The translations under genes and the position numbers were made by a program. Below, piece by piece: positions 37,554 to 50,779 of a DNA stretch of 64,000 bases. Source of the stretch: Mobula hypostoma (lineage: Eukaryota); the NCBI RefSeq assembly GCF_963921235.1, contig NC_086097.1:227852001-227916000 (forward strand), written 5' to 3'. The notes under the pieces were generated by a model, which was given only the letters and a program-made list of their open reading frames with translations, searched no databases and was not told where the DNA came from. Positions within the stretch are counted from its first letter, which is position 1. Every line of letters begins with the position of its first letter.

Positions 37554-37849
37554 CTTCGAATATGGAATCACCACACCCTCTACTGTGGTAAGAAGACTTT
37601 TCTGCCTGAGTACTTCACACCCTTCACAGTAAAGATCAACATTACATTGACTTTCCTAATTACTTACTTCACCTGCATGCTAACTTTTAATATTTCTTAT
37701 ATGGGATACATGTACTAATCATTAGAGACAAGTAAAGCTTAATGAACTTCTGAATTTATTACTGTAAGCATTTAATTTTTGTTAGATTTGAGTTGAAAAG
37801 ATCATCAACATGAGTATGTACCGAAACGTATAATTCAAATTAGCAGCAA

Positions 37850-39170
37850 CTATCAAGAAGCTGAAGGGTCCAGCTGCTCCTGTGGAGAGAAATGGACTGG
37901 TCATATCCACGAACGCAGATGAAGGAATTCAACCCAAAATATGCACCAACCCCCTTTCTGTAGTTACTGACCAGTTCTTTTGCTTTGCTGACATTGAGGG
38001 TCAGGTTATTGTCGTAACACCATGTCACTAGGCTCTCTGTCTCCTTCTTGCACACCAGTTTGAGATATGGCCCACTTTGGTGGTATTATCTGCAAACGTG
38101 TAGACGAAGTTAGAGAAGAAACTGTCCATGGAGTCATGAGTGTACAGGGAGGAGAGTAGAGGACTAAAGGTGTAACCTTGTTATTTCTGTTTTTGCACTA
38201 CTTATTTAATTTAACTATTTGATATACATACAGTCTACTTACTGTAATTCCTTTTTTCTCGATATTATCTAATGTTGCTGCAAAATTAACAAATTTCACA
38301 ACATAGGCCAGTGATATTAAACCTGATTCTGATTCTGATTCTGCTGATGGCCAGGAAGTCAAGGGTCCAGTTGCAGAAGGGGGTGCTGACTCCCAGAGTC
38401 CAAAGTTCAGTGATGAGTTTGCCTGGAATTGTGTTATTCCTCTCTGCGCCTTGTGGCACAATGGTGGTAACCTTGCCAGTTCTTCAGCAGTTGTCTGTTT
38501 TCTTACAAGGCTGAGTTGCTAGCTCGAAATTGTGCAAGGAGCCAGCCGAATTCAAACTGCTTGGCTCGAAGTCCGGTACCGATACCCCCAAACCATCAGC
38601 CAGCCAGGAAGCAAAGTAGGAGACTAAGAAAGCATCCTTTTGGAGCACCCAGAGTTTAGAATAATCATGGTGGATGTGTTGCTACCTATCCTTACTGATT
38701 GTGGTCAGCTGGTCAGGAAATCAATGGTCCACTTCCAGAGGGAAACATTGTCTCCCAGTGTCCAGAATTTGGTGATGGGTTTGCTTGGAATTATTGTATT
38801 GAAATCAGACTTATAGTCAATAACTATAGTCTGACGTAGGTATCTTTATTGTCAAGATCCTGCAGGGATAAGTGTGGGATCAGACAGATGGCATCCACTG
38901 AGAAACTGTATCAGCTGTAGGCAAACTGCAGTGGGTTGAGATCGTCTGGAAGACTGGAGTTTATGTGTGACATGACCCGCCTCTCAAAGGACTTCATGGT
39001 AGTAGATGTTGAGCCGCTGAGTGGTAGTTGTTAAGCCACATTACTTTGTTTATCTTCAGTGCCAAGACTATAGTGATCTTCTTAAAACAGAAGGGAGACA
39101 CATACTGAGCGGGGCGAGGCACAGAGTGTCCACGTGTACCTCCACCAGCTGATCGGCACAGGATCTAAGG
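37850..39170 (-). mobile_element. Old Rex1-type RT fragments with inserted LINE tail and SINE pieces
   Basis: LVTWCYDNNLTLNVSKAKELV; plus-strand (GATTCT)n tail 38180-38345; SINE-like piece 38440-38605. Confidence 0.65.
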
Positions 39171-42100
39171 ACGCAGTCAAGAATGCAATCTGGACCAAGT
39201 GCTTTCTGCGGATTCACTCTCCAGGTTTCTTTGTTTCCGTTTAGGTCTTGGACAGGTTAACTTAGTAACAAAGCCAGCAACAAAGAGGATGAGTTTCATT
39301 GAGAAAATAATGAATAAACATAAACTAAAAATCAAGATGAAAGTACATTGGTAATACAATATTGTGTTACTAAGAGCAATGTAAAAGCTCACTATTTGTA
39401 ATTATGAACATTGTAGCACTGCCTATTGGTTCTGTATATAAAGATATAAACCAAGCAGCAAACACTATACTACAATTACAGTCATTATTCTTCCATTCCT
39501 AATTTTAGTATCAGCCCAGCCAGATGTGATGCACTGACATTAAGAAACATTAGAAAAAGCCCACCATGCTGTTGTCATTTATTCTTCTCAGTCCAAAGCA
39601 TTTCTAAATTAAACAAGACGACACATTTCCCTTTCACAGTACAATAGCCCAACCAAGTGGTGATAAAGGATATTGTCAGCCAATGGCAAATAGCACTGGT
39701 TGAGAGCAGGAAATAAAAGGGTTTGATATACTGCGCTGAAATGGAAGGATCTCAGAATCCTGCTGAATTGATTGTAATACAGAGACCCCTGCAAATGTGC
39801 TAATTATAACATTACATGATAGTCAATGAATTTCAAGGTATGAACACATTTAAGGTATGACATCATGAACCGTGAAAAAGAATCTCAATTTTTTTTTATT
39901 AATATCGCCTCAACCCTGAAACATATTATTGCCTAGAAGCACACACCGTATTAGGGACTTCTGATTATTTTCTATTTTAGCTGACAGGATGGGCAGTGAT
40001 AGATGGAAGGTTGTGAGAATCAAATTACATGATTTAACAAGTGATGGTACTGTAGCATTGATCTAACAAGTAACAAGAGTAGACTAACATAGATATCATG
40101 ATTTCTTTCATTGACTTACAAAGGAGAATCATAGTCTGTACCGATTATAAAGCTACAACACATTCCCAATGTTCCAAGAATGTTATAATCCCCAAAAGAA
40201 AAGCTTGAATGGATTTATATGCTATTCAAACCCAAGAGACTGTATTTTATCTTTCAATGCACATACAGCTGTCTTTTATTTATTTTCATTTAATTTTTTG
40301 CCGCTGGAGTTTGTATCTTTTATTATATCTGGAATTGTCCTTTCCTATCGTTAAAGTGGCTGTCAATTCTGTCACGTTTCTTCACACCATGTGACAGAAG
40401 GGCAGAAAATCAACAAGATTAATAACCATACCAGGATTTTATTAGTGTCAGCTGACAAGGAGAAGGATTTGATGGAAAATTGCTTCTAAAAATTTTGAAC
40501 ATTTTCAGGGTAGAGATTAGGTTTTTTTTCAGTCGGGGTACTTCCGCATTTTACACATTTAGCATCAGTTGTAAATATATTCATGGAATGCCTATTTGAG
40601 TGTAGTCTTTCTCAATTCAAGTTCAAGTTTAAGTTTAATTGTCATTCAACTACACATGAATACCCATAAATACAGCCATTCAAAACCACGTTACTCTGGG
40701 GCCAAGGTGTGAAATACAGTACCAGTAGTCATACCCATATAGCACATGTAAGGTATCAGTAAAATGCAATGTATTAAAACTCAATGTATATATTACCATC
40801 ATAGTGAGAATCTAATGTACCTGGTCTTTGAATGCAATCACTGGGTATTTTGATTTTCCAGTTTGAAAGTCCTTTAAACCCCTCTGAATATATGGAGCAA
40901 TCCCCATGCAGACTGATATCTGCAAGAAGCACAGCTTCAGAAAACTTATGGATGGAGATCTTGAGACTTCTGTCTGCTTCAGTTCACAGTCGTGTCGCAC
41001 AACTCAGCCAATCCATAACTCCCATCCACACGAACCTAATACTAATCCATTTTTTGTTCTTTCTTTTTCCTGTCAACTCTCCTCTCTACCCCATCCATCT
41101 GAAATTTGTTAAAATGCATTAAACTTTCATTGAATGAACCTTTGATAAAATGGTTTGGCATCACAAAATAAAACCAGAAGCCAAGGGAATCTTTTGATTG
41201 AATATTAGGGATATTTTAAATTCTGTAAGAACAGTTAAAGCAGTAAAATATTATATAGCTTCACTGGTTTATGCCTTAGTGTAATCTCTTAAATCTGATA
41301 AATATTATTGGAGAATACAGGTCTAAAGTGAAGAAGTGGGGATTTTGGAGAACTAGAAGAGAAAAATGGAGTATATTAACAGTGCAGAATTTTCACTCTT
41401 TGTAACTCTAAGTTAATACTTCAAAGAGAAATAGAGATTAGTTTTATTTGCCACATGTACATTGAAATATCGAAACATACTGTGTCATTTGCATTATTGC
41501 TTCTGGTGCCCTGGGGGCAGCCCCACAAGTGTCACCATGCTTCTGATACCAATATAGCATGTCCACAACTTACTAACGCTAACTAAATGTCTTTGGAACG
41601 GGGGAGGAAACCGGAGCATCCAGCTTGAAACAGCCCTTGCTAAGGATGCCCGGTCTCACTAAAATGAACTGTATTTGCAAATTTCTAGATGGTGTTTGAG
41701 CTGTAAATGTGCCAATGACACCACCGTTGTTGGCGAAATCTCAGATGGTTATGAAGAGCTGTATAGGAGTGAGATCGGTTGTCTAGTTCAGTGGTGTCAT
41801 AGCAACTATCTTGCACTCTACACAAGCAAGACCAAGGATCATGGTTAGGGCACAGTAGCCACTGGTGTTGCTTCTCACACTGAGGACTGACAAAAGGCAG
41901 GAGAAATGTTAATCATTTCCTAGAAACCTCTTGAAGCTTATTCAGGATGGGAGGGAATAATTTGTTTTATCTTGAAAATCAAATGATATGAAATTCGTGA
42001 TTCAAAGCATAACACTATGTTTTACTTGGGTTTTGGTAGGAGAATTCCATGAAATATTTTGTGATGCTATAAAGAGCTTTACAGTATATCGGAACCAAAA

Positions 42101-43029
42101 GTCCAAATGGTGGTTGGACTTCATTTGAATCCTGGGAACATGATAAGGTCACACAAATCGGGTATGAGAGTGAATGCAATGTTCTTTCCCACACTCAATG
42201 CCAAACAATAGCAGATATTTAAATTCTTCTTCCATTTCTTATCAGCAGCAAAAAAAAAGAACTTTGATAGCTTTGTAATTAAGCACTCACACAGAGAAAA
42301 TTATGATGATAAAATTGAAATGAATGGTATATTTGAACAATATATTGTAAAGCTTTAATTGGATATGATTATAGTAATGAAAAGTTGTCATTCATTAGCT
42401 TTGAATACATGATACACAAAGAGTTTAAATCTTCTTGTGTAGCCTTACCCTGTATCACAAGCAGAAGGAAATACACAATAAAGACAATGCCAAATGGATA
42501 AACATAGATTATTTTTTTTAAATTGTTACATTAAAAATAGAGATGTATTGGACAATGTTTGTTTCAGATATAGCTCTGAGGCTGGGATCAGTGGAAAGAT
42601 TATTTGTCACTGCTATAAAGAGACCTGACTCTTTCTGTGCATCTATTTATCTGTTAACTGATCAAAGAGGTCATATGTACTTCTATTAAAGCTGTTCAAT
42701 TTGTAGAATTAATCCTGAAAGCAGGCAATTTTGTTCTTGCTGAAGGGACTAAGCATTTGCAGCAGACTATACTTCCAGAGCAAGTATTGATTTCAAATAT
42801 CAATTGAGGTTCCATTGTCAAAATGGAAATAAAGTTTTGCAGTAATTTGATCACAACTAATGCTTGTTACTGAAGACTGAGTTTTACTATTGTCTGTGAT
42901 TATCATGTTGACAATTACATTTTATGTGCATGCGGAGATGTGGGTAAATCAAGTAATGGATGGTATATTGAAATTGATGTTTTGCCTGTTTTGATATCCC
43001 TGATGAACTTAGTCATTTTTTGCATTTCT

Positions 43030-43625
43030 GTGCTCTCCTCCACAATCTCCATCAGCAAAGGAGCACAGGGCTGTGTGTTTCGCCATCTGCTCCACTCACT
43101 TTACCACCATGACTGTGTGGCTAAGCACAGTTCCAAAGCCATATTCAAGTTTACTGATGACACCACTGTTGTGGGCTGTATCAAAGGTGGTGCTGAATCA
43201 GCACACAGGAGGGAAATTGAAAATTTGGCTGAGGGGTGTCAGAACAATAACTTCTCACTCAACGCCAGCAAGGCCAAGGAGCTGATTGTAGGCTTCAGGA
43301 GAGGGAAACCAGAGGTCCATGAGCCAGTATTCATCGGAGGCGGAGACGGACAGTAGCTTTAAATTCCTGGGTGTCACTATCTCAGAGGACTTGTCCTGGA
43401 CTCATCATATAAATGTAATCACAAAGAAAGCACAACAGCACCTCCACTTCCTTAGAAGGCTGCGGAGATTCGGTATGACATCAAAAACATTAACAAACAC
43501 AAACTTCTATATATGTGTAGTGGAAGTTGTATTGAATGGCTGCATTACAGACTGGCAGGGGAACACCAGTGGCTTTGAGTAGAAACACCTACAAAAGGTC
43601 CAGCACATAACGGGTAAAGCCCTGA
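43030..43625 (+). mobile_element. Rex1/Babar RT fragment
   Basis: GAQGCV, KFTDDTTVVG, LNASKAKELIV, FKFLGVTISEDLSW. Confidence 0.85.
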
Positions 43626-43849
43626 ACTTAGGTTTCTGAATAAAAGCTTTCTTAAAGACTATTTGACTACAGATGCCATGCTGGATTATGGAACAAAAAT
43701 CAGATTGTTAGAAGTTAATCGAAGAGGTAAGTGGTGAGGGGGTATGTGGCAATTTTTGGTTGAGACCCTGCGTCAGGTCTGAGAGGGAAGAGGGAAGATT
43801 GAATTTAGGAGTAAGGGTATTGGATAGAAACAAGTGATAGGTAGAATCA

Positions 43850-44230
43850 TAAACACAAGAGATTCTACAGATGCTGAAAAACTTGAGCAACGGACACAAA
43901 ATGCTGGAGGAACTTGGCAGGTCTGGTAGCATCTATGGAAGGGAATTGATAGTCAATGTTTCAGGCTGAGACCCTTCATCAGGCCTTGAAAGAGAGGAGG
44001 AAGCCAGAATAAGAAGGTGGGGCAAGGGGAAGGGGTACAGGCTGGGTGAGCACATGGTCAAAGAGTCAGAGAGCAACAGAGATCACAGAGGGGAGCAGTG
44101 AGACAGGAACTCCCATCTAAGAGAAGATTTAAACTTCTTCAGGGTAGGCATACCTTGAGGAGACTTCAAATGATGGGCAGATGGAACCAGGTGAGGGGAG
44201 GGGAGGGGAAAAGTGAACAAAGGGAAGAAT
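43850..44230 (-). mobile_element. Penelope-like 3' terminus
   Basis: Same terminal sequence as other copies; hammerhead-like motif at 43951-43988. Confidence 0.75.
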
Positions 44231-44919
44231 AGACTAGGTGTTCAGGTGAGTGCGTGTGGTAGCCAGGAAAAGGCATAAATGCTTGTTCCATGATCCTGTA
44301 AATAAATTTTAAAATCTTTATAGTCCGATCTATCTCTTTCATATTCATGATTAATATTAATCCACCTCTATCTATTTAAGTAATTCTGCTTCCAATGCCC
44401 TTTGAGGAAGGGATGCATCCTTCTGAGAGAAAAACAGTTTGTGTCATCTCGTAAATTGATACCTTCTTATTTTTAATTTGTGATTTCTAGTTGTAGGTTC
44501 CCCCAAAGCAGGAAACATCTTCTCACCTGTCAAGACCCTTCCATATCAGATGTTTCAATCAAGACCCCTTTCATTCTTATAAATGCCAATGGATACAGGG
44601 CTTCACTGAACTGCTTTCAATATGTTAACACCCTTCCTTGTATAAAGAGATCAAAATCATCTGGTCAGATGTGGTCTCCCAATTGCTCTGTGTAACCTCC
44701 CGACTTTTAAGAAAAATCAAAGAAATGCACATGCTGGGAATCTAAAGTGGAAACAGAAAATGCTGGAAACATCCAAGCAATCGGGCAGTGCCCGTCAAAA
44801 GAGGGAAAACAGATCCCTTTTCCAGTCAAAGATCCTTCAAGAGGATTAGGAAGGAGAAAAAAGGTTAATTTTAATTTGCAGGGAGAGGTGAATTGAATAG
44901 GATAAAGGGAACTGCAGAT

Positions 44920-45445
44920 AAAGTCCATCACATGTAAAACCCTCCCCTCCATTGAGCACATCTTCAAGGAGCACTGTCACAGGAAAGTAGCATTCACTAT
45001 CAATGGCCCACAGCACCCATGCCACGCTCTCTTGCTACTGCTGTCATCAGGAAGGGGTGCAGGAGCCTTAGGTCCCATACCATCAGGTTCAGGAGCGGTT
45101 ATTACCCCTGACCCATCAGGCTCCTGAACCAGAGGGGATAACTTCACTTACTCCAACATCGAACTGATTCCACAATCTATGGATTTATTTTCAAGGACTG
45201 AGAACCCATGTTCTCAATATTTATTACTTACTTATTTATTAGTATTTTGTTTTTTATCTTCTTTGTATTTGGACAATTTGTTTTCTTTTGCACACTGGTT
45301 GTTTGCCTGTCTTTGTTTGCGTGCAGGTTTTCATTGATTCTTCTGTGTTTCTTTGTATGTACTGTAGATACTCACAAGCAAATGAATCTCCGTAGTAAAT
45401 GGTGACATAGATGTACTTTGACAATAAGTTCACCCTGAACTTTGA
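44920..45445 (+). mobile_element. Rex1-type LINE 3' end
   Basis: Homologous to 9900-10150; CTTTGAA-type tail. Confidence 0.7.
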
Positions 45446-46199
45446 ATCTCTCTGAAGGACAGGGGTGTTGTGGTGATAAGCTGTTGATCTACTTCATTAG
45501 CCATCTAGTTAATGAAGAAAATAAGGGACCGAGATAATAAACAAAGGAGTCTGTGAATTACAGGTCAGAAGTGGAGGAAGTGCCTAGCAGTTCAGGTGGT
45601 GAGAAAAAATGATTTAATAACACCAACAGATGAGTAATATTGGAACCAGCTTGGAAGTGAGTTAACTGAAATAGTTGGATTCAATACTTAGCCAAAAATG
45701 CTGCAAAGTGCCCAAATGAACTTCATGCTGAAGTTCACATTGAGCCTCAATGGCCCAGTGCAGGCGATCACAGACAAACAGATCATTGTCAGAGCAGGCT
45801 AAAGATTTAAGCTGATGAGCATGACAGAACTGCAGACAGAACACGGGTGCTCTGCAAGGCTGTCACCTAAGCTGTGTTTCATTTCTCCAGTGTAAAGGAG
45901 ACAACTTTGTGAAAACTGAAAACAGTACATTAGATTATAAATGCTGCAAGTGCATTGCTTTTTCACCTGGAAGAACTATTTTGGTTTGTTTAGTGAGAAT
46001 GGATGAGATGAAAAGGTGTGGTGTTACATCACCTCTAGCTGCATGGATAAGTGTCGTTGGGAGATGATTGGTTGGTCAAGATAGAAAGGCAGACAAGGAA
46101 GACATGAAAGGATTGGCCCCTCTGGAATACCAAATTAGCAACACTAATACTAGGGAAATCCTTTGCTTCAAATGCCCTTCGCAATCATGTTCATAATTA

Positions 46200-46415
46200 C
46201 CATAAAACCATAAGATGTAGGAATACAATCAGGCCATTCGGCCCATCAAGTCTGCTACATCATTCCATCATGGCTGATTTATTATTCCGACTGTGACCCC
46301 ATTCTCCGACCTTCTCCCCATGATCTTTGACATTCTTACTGATCAAGAACCTGTCAACCTCTGCTTAAAAAATACACCCAAAGACTTGCCTTCCACAGCT
46401 GCCTGTGGCAAGAAA
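46200..46415 (-). mobile_element. CR1 3' end fragment
   Basis: CATAAAACCATAAGA tail and inverse similarity to 31640-31867. Confidence 0.8.
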
Positions 46416-46489
46416 TTACTTGCTGCATCAGAGTACTAGTCCTTTGCAAATCGGCAATGTGGTAGGCACAAGTCTCAATCTCGTTCATA

Positions 46490-46950
46490 ATATTAGTGGG
46501 GCAAAAACGCCACGAAACTCACAGAGACGGCAGCCAGCGGAGAGAGGAATGAACGCTGCAGGAGACCGAGCAAACTCAGCCCGACCCTCGCCTCTGCACC
46601 TGGGCTTTCTGGGCCGGAGTTTAAATTGTCCAAGCACTAAGTAATTCCTCACTCTAGGACACAGATCCCAGCACAGTGACACACCTGGACCACAGGGCCT
46701 GCAGCCATTGTCGATCTCTCCAAATCGCCTCGGTGCTGGGAGCCATCCAACCTCGCAGCTGGGTTAGATGGACGGGCATTGAAACTCTTTCTCATCAACC
46801 CCTGTCAAAAATCGTTCACTCCAGCGGCGACAGTGATAATAACTCCATCTATGGCCACGCCTTGAGCATGTTGTTGCGTTCCGGCTTTGTGCTACTCCTG
46901 CACAGCCTGCCCTTTGAATTGGCTTATCCTCCGCTTGCTTCTTCATTGTT
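46490..46950 (-). promoter_or_regulatory. CpG-rich island, candidate promoter/first exon
   Basis: About 20 CpGs by manual count in non-repeat sequence; CCGGAA and CCACGCC motifs; minus-strand donors CAG|GTGTGT (46685) and TCT|GTGAGT (~46523). Confidence 0.5.
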
Positions 46951-47329
46951 TGTTGTGATAGCTGACCACGATTTATTGCAGAATTATTACAAATATTTGG
47001 TGCTTTTCTAGTCATGTTGATAGATAAGAATCACATACAGGTCAGCGTTCTTTCTTGGTAAACACTGGTGATCCAAATGGTAACACACAAAAAGTGCTGG
47101 AGGTATTCAGCAGGTATGGGGAGGAATTAAGAGTTGACATTTCAGGCCAAGACCCTTCATCAAGAATGGGGTCGTTTCATTGACATCCAGAGGCTTCATG
47201 GCTCCTGTCACTGACTAGCTGTATTCAAATTGCAAATTTTCAATGACTGCTTACTCTCTTCTCTCTTTATTCTTAAATCTCTGTCAATAAAGTGATGGTT
47301 TATCTCTGCAGATCCTAGAAATCTAGAGT

Positions 47330-47822
47330 GACACATACAAAATGCAATGCTGGATAACTCAGCAGGTCAGGCAGCATCTATGGAAGGAAATAAACAGTTG
47401 ACATTTTGGGCCGAGACCCTTCATCAGGACTGGAAAGGAAGGAGGAATAAGGTGGTGAGAGGGGAAGGAGTACAAACTAGGAGGTGACATGCGCATCCAG
47501 ATGAGGGGACAGGTAGGTGGGTGGGGTGGAGGGAGGGTGAAGTGAGAAGCTGGAGGGTCATGGGTGGAAAAGGTAAACGGCTGAAGAAGAAGGAATCTGA
47601 TTGGAGAGAAGGGTGGACCATGGGAAAAAGGGAAGGAAGGGGGGCCCCAGGAAGAGGTGATAGGCAAGTGAAGAGAAGTGCTAAGAGGAAAATGTGTGAA
47701 AGATCTAAGAGGAAAAGAGCAGAGTGGAAAATAGAAGAAGGGGAAGGGGGAGAAATTACTGGAAGTTAGAAAAATTGATGTTTATACCTATAGGTTGAAA
47801 ACTAACCAGATGGAATATGAGG
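47330..47822 (-). mobile_element. Penelope-like 3' portion (second short terminus at ~47075-47170)
   Basis: Inverse of 15000-15440; hammerhead-like motif at 47395-47432. Confidence 0.85.
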
Positions 47823-48023
47823 ACAATTCTGTTATTCACCCAGGTTCCAGATGTACTATTGTTGTCATCTCACTTCCTAAAACTGGCAAATCCCCAAAAC
47901 ACTCAAGTTAAAGGATTATGTTAAAATATCCCACACACAAGCACACTGAGAGATGCTTCTTTGCCACAATATGCTAGGCCATAGCACCATTCTTTACTAG
48001 CAGATGGAGGGCGGAGTTTAGTC

Positions 48024-48798
48024 AGAATGGTGCTAAACGGCGACTCCTTTGCTTGCATCTTCAGAAACTGTTCTATTTCCATCTTTAATATCTCTCTTTT
48101 TCCTTTTCAGGGTCCTTTCGAAGGCCCTGACCTGGAGTTACATGCCTATTTGCGGGAATGGGACCCACTCTCAGGGTGTCATGACTGGCCGTTATCCGAC
48201 AGGCCAAGGGCACGTCCTAAGACTTTGCCTCACCTTTGGAGGCCTAGGACCTTGGGACTCTGGAGACGGGTGGATCGAAGGTCAGTGTCCCAGACCAGTG
48301 TGTCATGGAAGCTGGAAGATCTTTGGTTGTGTGCCCAGAGGCCTGAGATATCTGGGCACAGAGCTCGGAAAAAGCAACACAACGGACTTTTAACATGGTA
48401 AACCAGTGAGTTATTTGTTATGTCTCCCCTCTCACTGTGAAATGGAGACATCTCTTTCTCCCTTATTAGGGAGAGAGCGAGCCTGTGGTATGTCGAATAC
48501 CGGGTGAATGAGTAGTCTTTGGGTACTGCAAGTCTGCGTCTTTGCTGTTGCATTTGCTGCACGCCTGAGGGTTCGGTGGTGGGTCCCGACATTTTCTGCC
48601 AGTGGAGGGAGAGTGATCGTTGTTTGCTGCCACTTACGCACAGGAGGGAGGGGAGCTGGGGGGGTGAAATTTAGGGTTCTAACATTTAACTGTCATTCAT
48701 TCTTTGGGGGCACTGCTCTGTTTTCATGGATGGTTGCGAAGAAAAAACATTTCAGGATGTATATTGTATACATTTCTCTTTGAAACCTTTGAAACCTT
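48024..48798 (+). mobile_element. ~770-bp non-autonomous retroposon
   Basis: Starts AGAATGGTGC, CpG-containing body, ends TTTGAAACCTTTGAAACCTT tandem tail. Confidence 0.55.
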
Positions 48799-49102
48799 AA
48801 CTGGAAACTAAATATAACCCTAAGACTTCAACTGGTTTGAACAAAAAATAAGTAAGTACTTCTTGTAATGGAAATGAAAATTATCACAATAGTCAATAAT
48901 TTCCACAGGAAATGTGCTAATTCGGATGCTGAGTTGGACTGGCTGTAATATCACTGATTGAAAAGGCCTAGCATCTGTGAGGACCATTTTATTGAAGTGT
49001 AGTTAGTGTGTGTCCACGCTGAACTTCATTCAACATTTAGTGCCTTCTTTATGGATCAACTCTTACATTACAGCCGATAATAAAACTGAACACAGAAAGA
49101 AT

Positions 49103-49111
49103 GAGAGAGGG

Positions 49112-49149
<38 letters not shown>

Positions 49150-49191
49150 AGGGGGAGAGAGAGAGAGAGGAGGGGGGGAGAGAGAGATGGG

Positions 49192-49231
<40 letters not shown>
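49103..49231. repeat. (GA)n microsatellite / purine tract
   Basis: Directly visible. Confidence 0.98.
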
Positions 49232-49238
<7 letters not shown>

Positions 49239-49373
49239 AGGGAAGGGGAGAACAGCAGATAGGGAATCGCCAAAGGAATGGTCCAACAGGAAGTGAAGAA
49301 GAGAAGATGATGTTTCAAGTGATGGAAGTACACTTGTAGTACTGGAAATTATGGTGCATGAATTTTTGATTCT

Positions 49374-49458
49374 ACAGTACTGTGCAAAAGTCTTAAGCAC
49401 ATATATGTATATTAGGCACATATATAGCTAAAGTACCTAAGACTTTTGTACGGTACTA
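49374..49458. mobile_element. Tc1-type MITE palindrome
   Basis: CAGTACTGTGCAAAAGTCTTAAGCAC ... GTACCTAAGACTTTTGTACGGTACT with TA flanks. Confidence 0.65.
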
Positions 49459-49459
49459 T

Positions 49460-49828
49460 AAGACCATAAGACCATAAACATAGGAGCAGAATTAGGCCAT
49501 TTCACCTATCGAGTCTGCTCCACTATTGAATCATGGCTGATCCATTTTTACCCCTCCTCAGCCCCACTCCCCGGCCTTCTCCCCATAACCTTTGATGCCA
49601 TGTCCAATCAAGAGCCTATCAAGCTCCGCCTTAAATACACCCAACGACTTGGCCTTCACAGCTGCCTGTGGTAGTAAATTCCACAAGTTCACCACCCTCT
49701 GGCTGAAGAAATTTCTCCACATCTCTGTCTTAAATGGACACCTCTCTATTATGAGGCTGTGCCCTCTTGTCCTAGACTCCCCCACCATGGGAAATATCCT
49801 TTCCGCACCCACCATGTCTAGCCTTTGA
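49460..49828 (-). mobile_element. CR1 3' fragment (family C)
   Basis: ORF 49558-49878 matches the end of 31197-31772; (AAGACCAT)n tail. Confidence 0.9.
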
Positions 49829-50268
49829 ATATTCAGAGCTGTAGTAATTTTATGTATTGCACTGTACTGCTGTTGCAAAAAGAAACAAATTTCAGGAAAT
49901 ACGTGAGCGATGATAAACCTGATTCTGGTCTGGGTCTCTATTGTGGACTGAAAGTTGGAAGCGGACAGGGAGAGGGAAATAATGGTTGGGAAAGGGGGAA
50001 GGGAGAGGGGAGCCAGCAGGAAGCACTAGAGGTACATTCTGTAATGATTAACAAACCAAGTGTTTGGAATCAAATGACCTTGCCTGGTGTCTCAGGTATG
50101 GGTGTGTCTGTATCTGGTCGTCCCCTGTTCCTGGCACTCCTTCTCTGCCACCTGTCCCATACTCCACACATGACACTCCACCCTCAGCATTTCCAACATC
50201 CTTTGCTCTCGCCAGATTTACAAATTCACTCTCTGCTCCACATTGACAAATTCAGTACCCTAGTTATA

Positions 50269-50779
50269 TGAGGGGTGATTGAGAAGTTCGCGGCCTAAGG
50301 TAGAAGGAGTCAATTTTAGAAAACCTAGCACATTTATTTTTCAACATAGTCCCCTCCTACATTTACATACATAGTCCCGCGGTCATGGACCATACAGATC
50401 CCTTCTTTGTAGAAGTCGGTGTCTTGGACCTCCAGAAAGTGGTCCACAGCAGGGGTGATTGATAAGTTCATGGCCTAAGGTAGAAGGAGATGAGTTATAC
50501 AGCTCTCGTTACATGTACGTGCAGTTCAACTCTTTGAGTGATTATGCAGAAAGTTTGAAGTTAATAACTCATTTCTTTCTACCTTAGGCCATGAACTTAT
50601 CAATCACCCCTGCTGTGGACCATTTTCTGGAGGTCCAAGACACCGACTTCTACAAAGAAGGGATCCGTATGCTCCACAACCGCTGGACTGTGTGTGTAAA
50701 TGTAGGGAAAATAAATGTGCTAGGTTTTCTCAAATTGACTCCTTCTACCTTAGGCCACGAACCTATCAATCATCCCTCG
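50269..50779. mobile_element. Palindromic mariner-derived MITE
   Basis: TA flanks; TIR (C/T)GAGGGGTGATTGA..; ~220-bp inverted arms; mariner C-terminal-like FYKEGIRMLHNRWTVCV. Confidence 0.9.

Noticed and set aside
39981..40066. Plus-strand acceptor followed by a short ATG ORF
   Set aside because: 25 codons, no convincing donor, no other support.
49010..49421. ER/LS-repeat ORFs
   Set aside because: Translations of a (GA)n microsatellite.
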